Assembly: GCA_000002445.1 (NCBI GenBank)
Contig: AL929603.2
Span: forward strand, 32,001-96,000
Source: Trypanosoma brucei
Lineage: Eukaryota
Reading direction: 5' to 3'
DNA length: 64,000 bases
Made by a program: the position numbers and the translations under genes
Notes under the pieces: generated by a model
Databases searched by the model: none
What the model saw: only the letters and a program-made list of their open reading frames with translations
Told to the model about the DNA's origin: nothing
Shown: one piece after another, positions 25,401 through 37,903 of the stretch
Numbering within the stretch: position 1 is the first letter of the stretch
Layout of the letters: each line of letters starts with the position of its first letter

Positions 25401-27200
25401 TCATGTAATCCCTTTCCATTTCAACAATACGCAAACCTCAACTGCGGAATCGACTTTGAATGAGTTGACCTCGTCAGCATGAAACGGAGTCCGCCCAGTG
25501 GCATGAACATTAATCTTATCAGTAAACATGTGTTTGAGGTGTTGGTAATAAATGGGGTCAAAGAAAACATAAGTGCGTATCATCTTCCCCGTTATGCCCG
25601 AGTGGAAAATATACATCATCTCCGTGAAGATAATTGTATCCATGTTGTATCAATTCCTCATCCAGCTCTTCATCCTTATCGGTACCCAAAGGCATTGCCA
25701 TCGCCTAACTTTTTCCGTGAATGCACTCACACCTTTAAGCTAACGAGTTCCAGCAACTTTCCATCTGTCATACGGCTCGGGAATCCATGAGAATTTATGA
25801 TCATATCTGGGCAAATGCCTTTACTCATTGAAGGGCATGTTAACACACCATCAGTCATGAGATCCACTACTCCCTCCAGCCGGTGCCGTGAGGAAAACTT
25901 ATTTCAGACCTCGGGACCGCGAACTTCTCTCGTAGCAACTTTAACTTTATTGTTCTACATCCATTGATATATCCGAGTCACTGGAAGGTGAGAGATGACC
26001 ACATTTGGTCCACAACAGCTGGCTGAGGGTATTTATTATATTCAAGAAAATTAGGTATTGTTTCCTTGAAAGGCACGGGAGTTTATTTGTTTACAAAAAT
26101 ATCAAACTGACGAATAACCGCACCTTTACTACTGGCAATACCATCAATATTAAAGGCATTGTGTCTCGCAACATTTCAATCTGTTGGAAGAATTATATCA
26201 TACATACTCACCGTTGGGAAGTCTTTCCAGTTTCATTTCATGCTTACAAAAAACAACACAACAACCGTAGCCACAATTGAGCGAACTGCGGTTGTACACA
26301 TTTGCGTCTTCAATATTGTAACCTCTATAGCTCATAATGCATACCATCGTATTAATTCCTGCGCCTAATATTTCGTAGTTGCTTAGGTTCATAGCCTTCG
26401 TCCGGCAAAGGGATAGTTGAGAGTAAGCACTCAACATAAGTACTGTGTCCATTTCTAATGTACTGAATATACGCAATGGTTCCAACAGCTTGCTTGCCCG
26501 TGGCTGACTGTAATGTGTTTCGTGCAAATTGATTGTGATGTGGAAAGGAGAATAATGCTAGCGACAACTCCAAGTGAGTCTCGTGTACTGCTCAATGTCT
26601 TTGTGGTGAACTGCTAAAAGACAGTCATTCGCTTCATCATATAAGTCAATGAATTCCACAACAAACCTTCAGCTAAAATATCGTTAATCGAGCACTTGCC
26701 TGAACTCAAGTTATCCAGGCGTTGAGAAATTACAGCGTGTTTCCCGTCGCTAACGAAAACGTACAACCTCACGATCCTTCCGCCAACAAAACAATTTGAA
26801 CACTCTTCTGACGGTCATTTATCGCAATTGAAACGTGTGGATGCAAGCGGCCTGACCTCCTCAGGGTTCGTAATACATCCCGACACAAACGGCTCATGTA
26901 TCGATAAACGCACATCAGCACTTCATTGAGGAAAACTGTGTAGTATTTAAGAAATTCGTTAGGGCTGATATAATCTATTTCCTCCACTCCAATATTGTAC
27001 GCATCCGCATGTAAACAAACAAATTATCCATGTCTAGTGTTACCTGACTAAGAATAGCAAAATTATTAACCAAACAGCAACAACTTTTACCCTCTGGGGT
27101 ATCGCAAGGAGGGATATACACCATTCCCCATTGACTTGAATAGAGAAATAATGATCCGCACATGTGGGTCAATACACGAAGTCATGACCACTCCACTGCT
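25401..27200 (-). pseudogene. Unidentified degenerate ORF cluster (pseudogene X, copy 2)
   Basis: Collinear with 10040-11830. The 109-aa and 73-aa ORFs match the 158-aa and 73-aa ORFs of copy 1, with an additional frameshift. Confidence 0.35.
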
Positions 27201-27420
27201 GCCGTTACATATGATCACTGCATGGTTTTTATATCAATGTTGATGATGATATGGGATTTGCTGCTGGAGGCAACCAGAAACATAAGTTTAAGGTTCCCAC
27301 GTGTGGAGAGAGGCCCAACTGCCAACCCTCAACCAGGATAACAGAAGTGATTATAAGGACAGAGAAGACAACATATCATAGCATGTTTACCCACCGACAC
27401 ATAATTGAAGAAAGAAAGAG

Positions 27421-27443
27421 AGGGAGAGAGAGAGAGAGAGAGG
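27421..27443. repeat. (GA)n microsatellite
   Basis: agggagagagagagagagagagg. Absent from the paralogous position in copy 1 (about 12050), which reads agaaagagatagaaagagagg. Confidence 0.8.
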
Positions 27444-28265
27444 AAAATGGACACAATCACGTCACCAGCTGCGTGTCTGCGAAGAACACCATCAAGAGCT
27501 GCTCCATAACTGCAACCATAACTAACATGTATAATATAATTATAACAGCTCGTATATGAAACAGCACATCCAGTAACTGCTTCTAATGTTTGCATATTTC
27601 ACTCCGTCACAATCTCTCTCCCATGACACCTACTGGAAACACAACTCAGAGGAGTTATAGTTGAGGCATGTTTCCAATACGCCCTCTCCACCACGGATGG
27701 CAAAGAAGCAAAAAGTACTATTACATTTTTGTTCCTTTTATCATTGGCCTATAGATCCCTATCTCTACACGGATGTAAAATTTAGATTGTATAAATGAAA
27801 AGAAGATGTGAAAAGTTAGTGTAGTATAATCCAATTCTTTAGTTAGTAACAGCACAAATGAAAACAAAACGTTACAATGTTTTCCTACGTCCGTCGATAA
27901 CATTATTTCTGTCTTTCTCTGTGCCCCTTAAGATTACGATGTGGCTTAACTCCAGTTACGCGTTAGCCGATAAAATACTACTTTTACTATTCCTTAGTCG
28001 TCTTCATTTCCACTTCCCTTCCCTCACCTCCGGCACTCAAGTGAATTATCACGTCCCTTTCCTTGCAGCAGCTGCGGAAGCTCATTACTGGTGGACAAAC
28101 AACACACTTGAAAAGGCGCAACGGGGCACTTCAAGCTGTGATCATAAACCAAACCAGGTACAAAAACGAACCCGCTCCCCCTAATGGTTGGTTCCCTCCT
28201 CTTTAAGCATTTGTCACTCTTAACAGCAACGCCGTGCACTGCTACAAAAAAACAATTACGCGTCT

Positions 28266-30836
28266 TCATCTCCTTCCACGTCGTCTCATTGCTACGTCAC
28301 CTCGCCCCTCCACAACCTCTTCACGAGCGCGACGCCTTCCCGCCAGTCCCATCAATCCCGGTGCATTTCGCATGCCAGATTCTCGGCGATATGCCCGAAT
28401 TAATTCCGCTTGCATCGTTTCCTTGAGTGTCACTTGGAATTGGTCGATGGATTCCCAAAATGTTTGCGGTCCCAGAGGACCTCCGTCCCCACCTCTAGCT
28501 CTATCGGGAGGTCCTTCGCAAAGTTGCCTGATGGTTATCGTGCCACCGTTAACCGAATTAATGTATATCATCTCCCAAACCATGTCGCGGGAAAACGCAC
28601 CCCAATCAGAAAAATATCTTGCCATGTTTTTTCGGAACTTCTGCACCTTATCCGTAGCGGTGGGGTGCCTGTCCGACTTGGTTACTTGTAAAAGCACAGC
28701 TATATTTGACGGGATCGGTGCCGCTGTTCCGTCACGGTTTCTCCTGAACCGCCCCTCAACGAAAAAAAAGCCATCCACCACGGGTTCATTACCTGTGGCA
28801 GGGAGGTAGAGAACCATGTATTCACAGCGTTCAATTGGTCGCTGTCTGGCCGCAGGTAAGGCCTTCTGCCCAATGAGTCTCAACTGCTGAGAAGCCATGT
28901 CGTTCAGTATGCTTCGACGGTCAGCTATTTCTCCGCCTCGTCGCAGGTATTTCAAGTTGTTTGCGATAACTTTAAAAACTCGAGGGAAAAGAAGCGAAAG
29001 CAACGCAAGCCTTTCAAAAGCGTTGGCCCCAACACACTCGTCTGATAATGTAATCTCCTTTGACGTCATCTCTACAATAAGAATGCCAAATAATGTGCAA
29101 ATCAACATATTCCCAATAGTGACAGAAAGCGATCTGCAACGATATGAATCGACATTGACAGTCCCAGAGCTTACCCGCACTATCTTCACCAATTTGTGCG
29201 TTACCACATCATTTTGCCAGCCCGCAGATTTTCCAATAATCTTACCATATTTCTTTCCGTTATCGCTATCGAGCTGCCTAGCTTCTTTACGCACACTTTC
29301 CAGTCGTTCGTGATACTCAGGGGCTGAGAAAACAAAACGAGGCAATGGACCAACCATGTCAATGCGCTCTTCCACAATTTTCCACTCCTTTTCAAGGTCT
29401 TCCTTCAACTGCTGCTTCGTTTTGTCGCGCGGCGCCTCCTCCGAAAGCACACACAGCTTTTTCCATGCCACAAATGCCTTCATGTCACGTACATCATCGC
29501 AGTTTATAATAACTCTGCGGCTTCTCTTGTCTTTTGCCCAGTGATGAAAATGGGCCTCATCCGGAGAAGTGAGGAGAGTTACACCCCAAGCGTAAACCGG
29601 CAGACCATCGGGTGGCGTCTGCGCATTTCTGCATATGTCAACAATGATGTGCCCTTTTTTTTTCTTGGATACTAACGCAGCTATTGCGTCAACGGCATCT
29701 TCCGGGAATTTATACCTCTCAACCCTCCCCTCTTCTCCGGGTTTCTTGTTATATATTAAATAGGCGATCCCGTCTGTGAAATATGCAACAACATCAAGCA
29801 TTCCATCATTGAAGTGAAGCAATGAATGAAGCAAAAATGATCCAACACCGTATGATTTACCAATACCAGGTGTACCAATAACAATATGTCTCGGTGTTAT
29901 CTCAGCTTTTTCCACCCACCTTCCTTGCAGCCCTCGTTGGATTATATACCACACGCGCATAATTTCACGACGGATATATACATGTTTAAAATTTTCCCCG
30001 CACATCTCAGTGTGGCCCAATGCAAACCTGTCGTATGGCCAACCTTCCTCCGAAGTGAGAACAAAAATCTCCAAACCATAAGGTCTCTCCGGCACTCGTG
30101 CATCAAGATTCGCAGGATCAGGATTTATATCCACCTCCGCTTCGGTCCATATGCGCTGTGGTTTTCCATCGAATACTCTCATTCCAAGTGGCTCTCTACG
30201 ATAACCCGACATCACATAACTCCATTTCGCATTATAAATGGAATCATACACTCCTTTAATTTCGACAGCACTAGCAGCTGTTTGGGCAGCTCGTTCCAAT
30301 GCTACATTGAGTGCATTATTCAGTAGCGCATTGACAACAATCCAAAGGCGCTCTCCATCTCTCAGTCCACGAATATCCGCCTGTAACCTGACCTTTGCTT
30401 CCTCATCTGCTTGTTGCCACTGCTGAAGATCCAATATTCCCTCATCCTCAAAGAAACCATAGACGCTGACAAAACGTTTGTACACTTTATACTCTGGTGT
30501 CGCGAATATTCGATTGAGCGCATTAACGTCATTAATATACTCTTCGCATCGTTGTACAAAGGCAAACATTGATGCTCTCAGGAGACGTTGATCCAAGTCC
30601 ATATCATCGAGTAAATTACGCCTCAAAAAATCATTTACACTCACATTTTCAGGATGAACCCGACCTTCCAGCAAAACTGCGTCAATGCGGCTAAAAAGTC
30701 TCCATTGTGGTTGGTTATTATTCTCCACTCGTTGCTGCACTGCTGGAGGTTCCGCATCGTTACGCGCAGCCTCCTCATTTTCTCGTCTCCTTCCCTCAAT
30801 GTCACCCCTTCCTTCAATAGGAAATTGTTGATTCAT
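28266..30836 (-). CDS. Retrotransposon hot spot (RHS) protein, a/c subtype, full length (856 aa), intact
   Basis: Real ATG (MNQQFPIEG). P-loop IVIGTPGIGKSYGVGSFLL. Carries the conserved RHS core and C-terminal DGFFFVEGRF block. Confidence 0.88.
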   Translation of the reverse strand: MNQQFPIEGRGDIEGRRRENEEAARNDAEPPAVQQRVENNNQPQWRLFSRIDAVLLEGRVHPENVSVNDFLRRNLLDDMDLDQRLLRASMFAFVQRCEEYINDVNALNRIFATPEYKVYKRFVSVYGFFEDEGILDLQQWQQADEEAKVRLQADIRGLRDGERLWIVVNALLNNALNVALERAAQTAASAVEIKGVYDSIYNAKWSYVMSGYRREPLGMRVFDGKPQRIWTEAEVDINPDPANLDARVPERPYGLEIFVLTSEEGWPYDRFALGHTEMCGENFKHVYIRREIMRVWYIIQRGLQGRWVEKAEITPRHIVIGTPGIGKSYGVGSFLLHSLLHFNDGMLDVVAYFTDGIAYLIYNKKPGEEGRVERYKFPEDAVDAIAALVSKKKKGHIIVDICRNAQTPPDGLPVYAWGVTLLTSPDEAHFHHWAKDKRSRRVIINCDDVRDMKAFVAWKKLCVLSEEAPRDKTKQQLKEDLEKEWKIVEERIDMVGPLPRFVFSAPEYHERLESVRKEARQLDSDNGKKYGKIIGKSAGWQNDVVTHKLVKIVRVSSGTVNVDSYRCRSLSVTIGNMLICTLFGILIVEMTSKEITLSDECVGANAFERLALLSLLFPRVFKVIANNLKYLRRGGEIADRRSILNDMASQQLRLIGQKALPAARQRPIERCEYMVLYLPATGNEPVVDGFFFVEGRFRRNRDGTAAPIPSNIAVLLQVTKSDRHPTATDKVQKFRKNMARYFSDWGAFSRDMVWEMIYINSVNGGTITIRQLCEGPPDRARGGDGGPLGPQTFWESIDQFQVTLKETMQAELIRAYRRESGMRNAPGLMGLAGRRRAREEVVEGRGDVAMRRRGRR

Positions 30837-31399
30837 TTCACTCTCTGAATAATAATCTTAATTGAGTGCGTTGTGTTATTTCCTTTCTTTGTAACATAAA
30901 TTTTAAAAAAGGGATAAAAGATGAGAGAATTTAAAATAGATACATTACTAAACCAAAGCAAATATAAAATCAATGAATATCAGGAATTAATATGGCAGGT
31001 GGAAACTATTTATTGAAATTAGGATTCAATACAAATCTTATCATGTGTTTAGAACTCACAGCAACTTAAGCACAAATAAGGTATGACAGTATGAATAAAC
31101 ATTTCTCTTGGGAGGAAAAACTCAAACAACAATTCCCATTCAGCTACTGCACACAATCATTCCAGAAAAAAAAAATATACTTATATATATATATTTATGA
31201 AAAAGCAAAAAAAAATGTGGCATTGCCATAAAAAACAGCATATAATAGGTTTAGTGATAAATCATGCAAAACGTAGAATACTCGGGTGCATACAGAAAAG
31301 TGCCTTACTTACCTTACAAAATTAAAAATATACCAAAAGTAAAAATAAATATAAAACATTATCTTCACAATTCAAACCAGACACGTATTAAGCAAGAGA

Positions 31400-34300
31400 A
31401 AATAATTCACATAATCTCATACATATGTTACGATGGGCATTGCATGCAGTACAATTTAAAGGAAGTGAAACTCATATAACATTTTCAAAAAAAAGGTATT
31501 GAATGGTTGTTTGCTACCATCAATTACATTTCCAATGCCTAATTACACTTTTATATGCATGAAGGAAGTTACTGATCATAACTTTGACATGCTCGAGAAT
31601 CCATAACACAAAGCGACTGCTGCATGCAATAAAAAATATAAATATAAATAACATCCGAATTCATTTACTGACAGATGAGTGCAATTCATTCATCCAAACT
31701 TCATAGCTGCAGAAATAAACTCGTTGCTTCCAATAGGAAATGATCGCGCATAAATATTGAGTATCTGAAAATGATAGCAACGGGTTTCCATTTTTGAAAT
31801 ATATACATAAACTACATGAGGTATATGAAGCCATATTTGTAAAGTGTCACTACGCATGTTGCAATTTACTATCAGAAGTGTCTTCCTTATTTTATTTCTT
31901 GTGTTACTGTAACTCATGAGTATTATTCATTATTCTTTACAACTGTAAGTCATTTTGCATTTTTACATATTTTCTTATTCCCTCATACTGGAAGTATTCC
32001 ACATATGAGATTCCTCAATATCGTTCACAAAATAAAAATAATTTCATTTCCTTCTGCATTCAGTTTCTCGTGTAGCAGTGTGTACACTAATCATCCATAA
32101 AGTTTTTAATTTGCCAAATACATCATTACGAAACTATTTTCCACAAATAAACAAACAAACATTCCATTGGGACAATATCTTTGAGGAATTTCCTTCACTA
32201 TATTTGCAGTTCAGTAGTGATTAAAAGAAACTTTCTGTATAATTCAACACATGGTGGAATTGCACAGAAATGTGATGGTACTTATAATCAACAAGTTCCC
32301 AATTTTCCTCACATGGTCTCCTTTTTATGCCTTTACATCCTTATATAATTCACAGAGAATTACTGCAATTTCTTTCATATGCTTTCAGGATTCCATATGT
32401 CACAACACAAATAATATATACATTTACACATATATATAATTTGGACATAATATTGCTTAACATATAAATTATCACAAACCTATGACTTTACACTCCTCCT
32501 AAGAATAATAGAATCAAATTATTTCTATTTTGCATCATTACATGAAGCTTTGGAAAAGGAAAAAAAAGAATAAAACAAAAGGTAATGTAAAGAAAATAGT
32601 TTTTTAATACAGAATATAACTTGTTTGTGAGTTTCAGATGCAAACACGAAATGTTCAAACAGGGAAACAGTAAAGGACGTTACTGGTGATGTAAGCACAA
32701 ATTAACCAAAAATAGAAACATAAATAAAATTTAAAACTTATAAAAACACAAATATATATGACACAAATATTTACCACATATTATAATTCGCCACCCTCAC
32801 ACTTGAATTACAAAAAGTACATAACACACATATGTGCCATCTTCTTAACATAATCATTCCAATATTTACTCAGTATGTGTGTGTGTGTAGAAATGATGAA
32901 ATGTAATTGTAACAAATCAGGCACAACACAAACAAAATATATGCATTATATTATTCTCTAAAAAGTAGAAGAATAAAAATCAAGAAATATTACGCAGCTT
33001 TTCTCACAAGTAATTTTGTTTCTGTATACATATAACACGACAGCTAACAACATTAAACTCTCAATTCCATAATATCTGACACCTGAAGTGATAATTAGCA
33101 GCGGATGCCTTTAACAAAAAACAACAGAAATAACAACATCAAAGCATGTTTTGAAAGCTTAAATAAACTTCCTCATGGATAAACCATTTGTACAAAGTTT
33201 GAGTGCCAAGTAGGAGGAACAAAGAAAAATAAAAAAAGAATTAAATGGTAAAAGAATTGCGTGTGATATAACTAAAGGATTTGTTAGGCACTACACTCAT
33301 TAAACTCCAGTTTCATAAAAATACTGTAAGGCATAATATTTACTGCTTTACCGGTTATGTGCCTCCAGCAAGCAATAATAAATACTTCGAGTATTATTCG
33401 ATTTCTGATGCTATGAAGTGTGTAATAAATTAGTCCATGAGTAAAATATTCAAATGTTGGTGTTCACTTCAGATTATAAACTCTGCACTATGAATGTCTC
33501 TCGATGTTTATAATTTGAGAGAGCAAAAGTGACGGCGCTACTATTTATTTCTTCCAGTTCATGAATATATAAATATATTTATACATATATAATCAGATGT
33601 GACATGCAAAAGCGTTTAAACATCAGGCATGAACATCTTTCCATCCATTTAAAGTAAGACGATACAATAAGGTAAGTTTAGGATGAAGTGAAGGTATCAT
33701 AATGTTAATATCTTCCTTCAAGCGGAGGATTCAATTTAAATAGGCGTACTTCACAAACAATAGTAAAATAACTGAGAAAACTTATATCACTTAATCGTTA
33801 TTTCCTTCAATTCTTATTTTGAATCGCTCTGTACCGTCACACCTTCAATAAAGTATATAGTGACGCATTTCATACATCCTCCCTAAGCCATATCTCATAG
33901 TCATAGCTCTCAACAGAAATAATAACAAATAATGAATAGTTTAGTTCTTACCTTCCCTTTTTTACTACCCACAAGAAAGATATACGAAACAATTATCATA
34001 CTGAATAAACAGTAAGGTTTCCTCATCATCCTACGCAAAATATGAATTGAAACGATAATTTACTAACGAAGCGAAAGTGTCTGAAAGCGTCTTTAACTCG
34101 TCTCCTGTGCGGGGCGAAGAGGGTTGTGTTGTGTGGGCTTTCTAAAAATTTCACTCTCTTGCAGACAGCTGTGTAAATAAACGGGGAGTACAGGTGTGTT
34201 TAGAGAAATGTAACCGTACAAAATAATACTCTGCACTCCTAAGTCCAAAGCCATTCATAATGCAGGCTTTCATTAAAAAAATAAGTAGCAGTAGTAGTAG

Positions 34301-37300
34301 TAAGGAGAAAGCTATTGTTTTTCCCTCACTCCTGCTGCCACGTACATCATGCATGATACAACAGTTTCCATTTATTTTATGGTAGTTTTTTTCACATAGC
34401 AAGGGATACTCGGAATTGTTGTATCACTTTCGTTGTCCCAGCCATACTGTCTGCTTTTCATGGTTAAACTAAAACTCCAATGAAATCACATTGTTGTGTC
34501 ATCTTTTGTGAGTCACCAATAATGGTTGTGCCCCACATTTCTTCATGCTGGTAACTATTTTGTTTCCACGACATTTAACCACGTCATGCGCCTCACACTG
34601 ATACATATGTTGCATATCCATGTTTGAGTCCTCAATATTTCAGGGTTCGCCTGCTCCAGCCTCACGACATCGGCGTCTTCTAAAAAGAGCTTTGTAATGG
34701 TGTGTGAAACTCCAGGATTCTCCTTTATTAACTGATGGGGAGTTGATTCAAATTCAATAGTTCCTCATTTTCGCTAACGTATCGGAACCCCAGCCGAATA
34801 TCTTCAGGCAACTTCACTTGAGAGAGAAATGACTTTAGATCAAACAATGCTGCAGACTCGCCATGGAGAGTATTTAAATACTGGGAAAAGTGACCCAATG
34901 GGAGATATGCCTCATAATCATCCCTGCTCTTTTTAGCCTTTGGTCATGCAATAAACCAACGCCTTCTTCCAATTCTGTTTTTCCTCCATCACAAATAATG
35001 GCACACAACCCATCCTGTCGTATGTCTCTTTGAAACTGGGCTAATGATACGCGGCTGCTTCATTATTTGGGCATACTTTTCTACAATGCGCAATTCTGAC
35101 TCCTTCTTTGATACTTTCTCTCTTTGTTTCTTTCTGCATCATCTGTGCTATTCTTAATGCTCCAACCCTCATCAAATCGCTTACTCGCTGCTTGCATCAT
35201 CCTCTGTCAAATCCACGGAAGGGAAATCATTCCCACATTCATTTCCTATTGGAGAGGTGAAGTCTTTTTTTTTCCTCATCCCGTGAGGTCACCTTTGTTT
35301 TCCCTTGTGAGTGTCAAGGAATGCTGTGCAATCGATAATTTGGGAAAGTTATTCACCGTTATAAGTCCCGGCTTCCCTCACACTGGGGCCGCACATTCCT
35401 TCCAATTGTATCTTACATCAAAAACACCCAAAGAATCGACTTGCTGACGGCAGTTGTCACACATCTGAGATACCACACTGTGCTTCGTGGGAGTTCCATT
35501 GTGTAGATGTGCTTTCCCAATTGTATTAATAATATGTTGTCAATGTCGTGCTTCCATTGCAACTACTGCCGCTCCGCGTGTCAGCAGTGCTCTTCTCTTT
35601 ATGGAATGTTCTATCATTACGTATGGTCTTTTCAGTATGGTGTCACATTTTCCCTTTGTGGTAATCGTTATGAACTTCTTCCCCTTTCCTCCAGAGGTTC
35701 CTCCCTATGACTTTTCTCACACTGGCAATGTCCTTTTCCCAGTTGATAATTACGCATCGTATGACTCTGTGGGTATCGCTTTTGAATTTCTTTGGAAGGT
35801 TCCCCCCAAAATCCACTATTGAGGCTTGCCTGCCGTGTGAGTGTGGTATAACATTTTTCTCTTTTTTTTCGGAGCTGTGTAATTTCTTTTTGCCATCGCA
35901 TGGCTGGGTGTAATTCAGGTCACTACTCATATTGCAACTGGATACCACTCTGGACGGAACTTCCTGCAAGATATTATCGAATCACCATTACAACATGTGT
36001 TGTGTTTGTTTGATGGGTTCACCTGTTACCGTATTGTAAAGACGGACCCCAAAAACAACATCCGCGTCGGTGTGTCCAATAGAAATGATGAAAGAGTTCT
36101 CCTGTACTGAAATGGCGTTGCTCTCTGAGAGTCGTAAACTTACAAAAACAAATAAAAGTGCAGTTGCATCCCATGCTGGCATGCGGTAATGATTTTCAGC
36201 CAATGCATAAAAACACCGCATGATGAATTCCCTGTTCCTCACATGTTTTAGTCCTCAGCCACATTCACTTTCCTATTCTATTGGCTCCTGAAACCATTGC
36301 CATGATGTACGGATGGCTTTGTGTGTGGGAACTGCAATAAAATAAAAATAATAATAATAACTCCTTTCACCAATGAGTTTACTATTGGTTGTAAAAGTGC
36401 TCTTGGTGCCACTCCATTATTCTTTTTGAGTCCCCAGCTTTTGAGGGGCTACTGTATTTTTTAAAAAGAGTGATGCACCGTTTTATTCTCCACCCCTTTC
36501 AGGTGAATTTCTCCTGCACAGTTTTTACTCTCCCATTGTAGAATGTTTCTCAAGGTGTTTCCTTTGTGAAGCTTTGGTTATGCTATAATTAAAGACCACT
36601 CAACTCCCTGCTTCAGGGACCTGCTGTTGCATTTATTCCCCTTTAGTTGCTGCAAATTTGTTCACTTGACAAGTTGTAGTGCAATACTTCACTTGACCAT
36701 ATGTGTAACATCGTGTCTCGTTGCTTTATAAAAATTCAAAAAAAAAACACATCAGGTGATATTCTTCTGTTCTTACTTCGTACATTCACATCTCTTCCCG
36801 TCAGTTCGGAAACTCCCACACAAACTCACCACTCCGTGAAGATTTGTAGTTTCCGTTAGTGATGGACGTACTGAAGTGGACATGTTTGGCACTTTAAAAC
36901 TAATTTTTTAAACTTACACCTTCCTTCTTTCATAGAGCTTCAGTGCGAGAGTAAAAGAATAGTTGAGTATCATGAGAAAACATAAGCCTAAAACATTCTC
37001 AACGCAAGCTTTCAATAAAAGCAAACGCATTAAGATGGTTTAGTGAACACATGCAGTATCGTCCATAGCAAAGGTATTATTTACACCCAATAAACAACTC
37101 AAACAAATAACACCAGCATACATATCGCAGACATATAAATTGCACCTACACAAACAAATAAAAACTGCTGTAACTCATCATGTGTAAAATATTATGAGCA
37201 CAAAAACATAAATGTCCTTGATCTTCCATGAATGTATAGCACAATATTATTTTGCATTATCATCGGAAAAAAAATGTATATTGATATATATATTCAGCCA

Positions 37301-37903
37301 AAAGTCAAGAGTGTGCTCTGGCCTTGTAGAACTGTAAATGCGTGCATGTTCTGTTATTATTGTTTCCCATTTTAAAATAAAGATACTTGCAGATGTGGAG
37401 AAACGTCTCCCTTAATGCTTATGATGCACCAAATAATTCTCTCGCAAAGAAAGGAGAGAACAAATGCTCAGTACACGCGTCCCTATTTGTATCTTTCAAT
37501 GAAGGTTCTCTTGAGTGGAGTAAAGAAAAAACAAATAAAAAGCAAGAAGTATATGATGTGAGTGATAATACATAATGAAATGACCCAACAAGAGGGAAAG
37601 GAAGTTACATGCCTTCACTACAGTCATACAAATAAAGCCAGACCCTTCACACTCGTTTTACAATGTTCTGTCGTATCGCTCTGCATAAACAAAAAATTAC
37701 TAATAGGAAATGGAAATGTAAGAATAGAGTAAAAAAGTATCAAGTAGCTTGAGGATTATCGACACTCAGCTACGTGGAATGATACGTATCGCAAATTTGT
37801 GTTTGAAATGCTCACCATCCTAATGAACTTACTCGTATGTTACTTAATCCTAGGAAATACTTCTCTGTGCGCTCAAGTTACCCGACAACTTTCCTTCCAC
37901 ACC
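31400..37903. repeat. Segmental duplication (partial U+E+F segments), copy 1, paralogous to 47330-53853
   Basis: Shared strings gtagcagtagtagtagtaaggagaaagctattg (34285 and 50233). The ORF 35124-35447 is identical to 51071-51394. Confidence 0.8.
34285..34303. repeat. (GTA)n short microsatellite
   Basis: gtagcagtagtagtagtaa. Also present at 50233-50251. Confidence 0.7.

Larger units (their letters stand above)
25279..31284. repeat. Segmental duplication D, copy 2
   Basis: See copy 1. It is slightly longer because RHS-c carries the full N-terminal region. Confidence 0.85.

Noticed and set aside
35124-35447. Identical 107-aa plus-strand ORF at 35124-35447 and 51071-51394 as a conserved gene
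   Set aside because: The identity is explained by the recent about 16-kb segmental duplication, not by purifying selection. The ORF is short, lacks recognisable motifs and overlaps other-frame ORFs.
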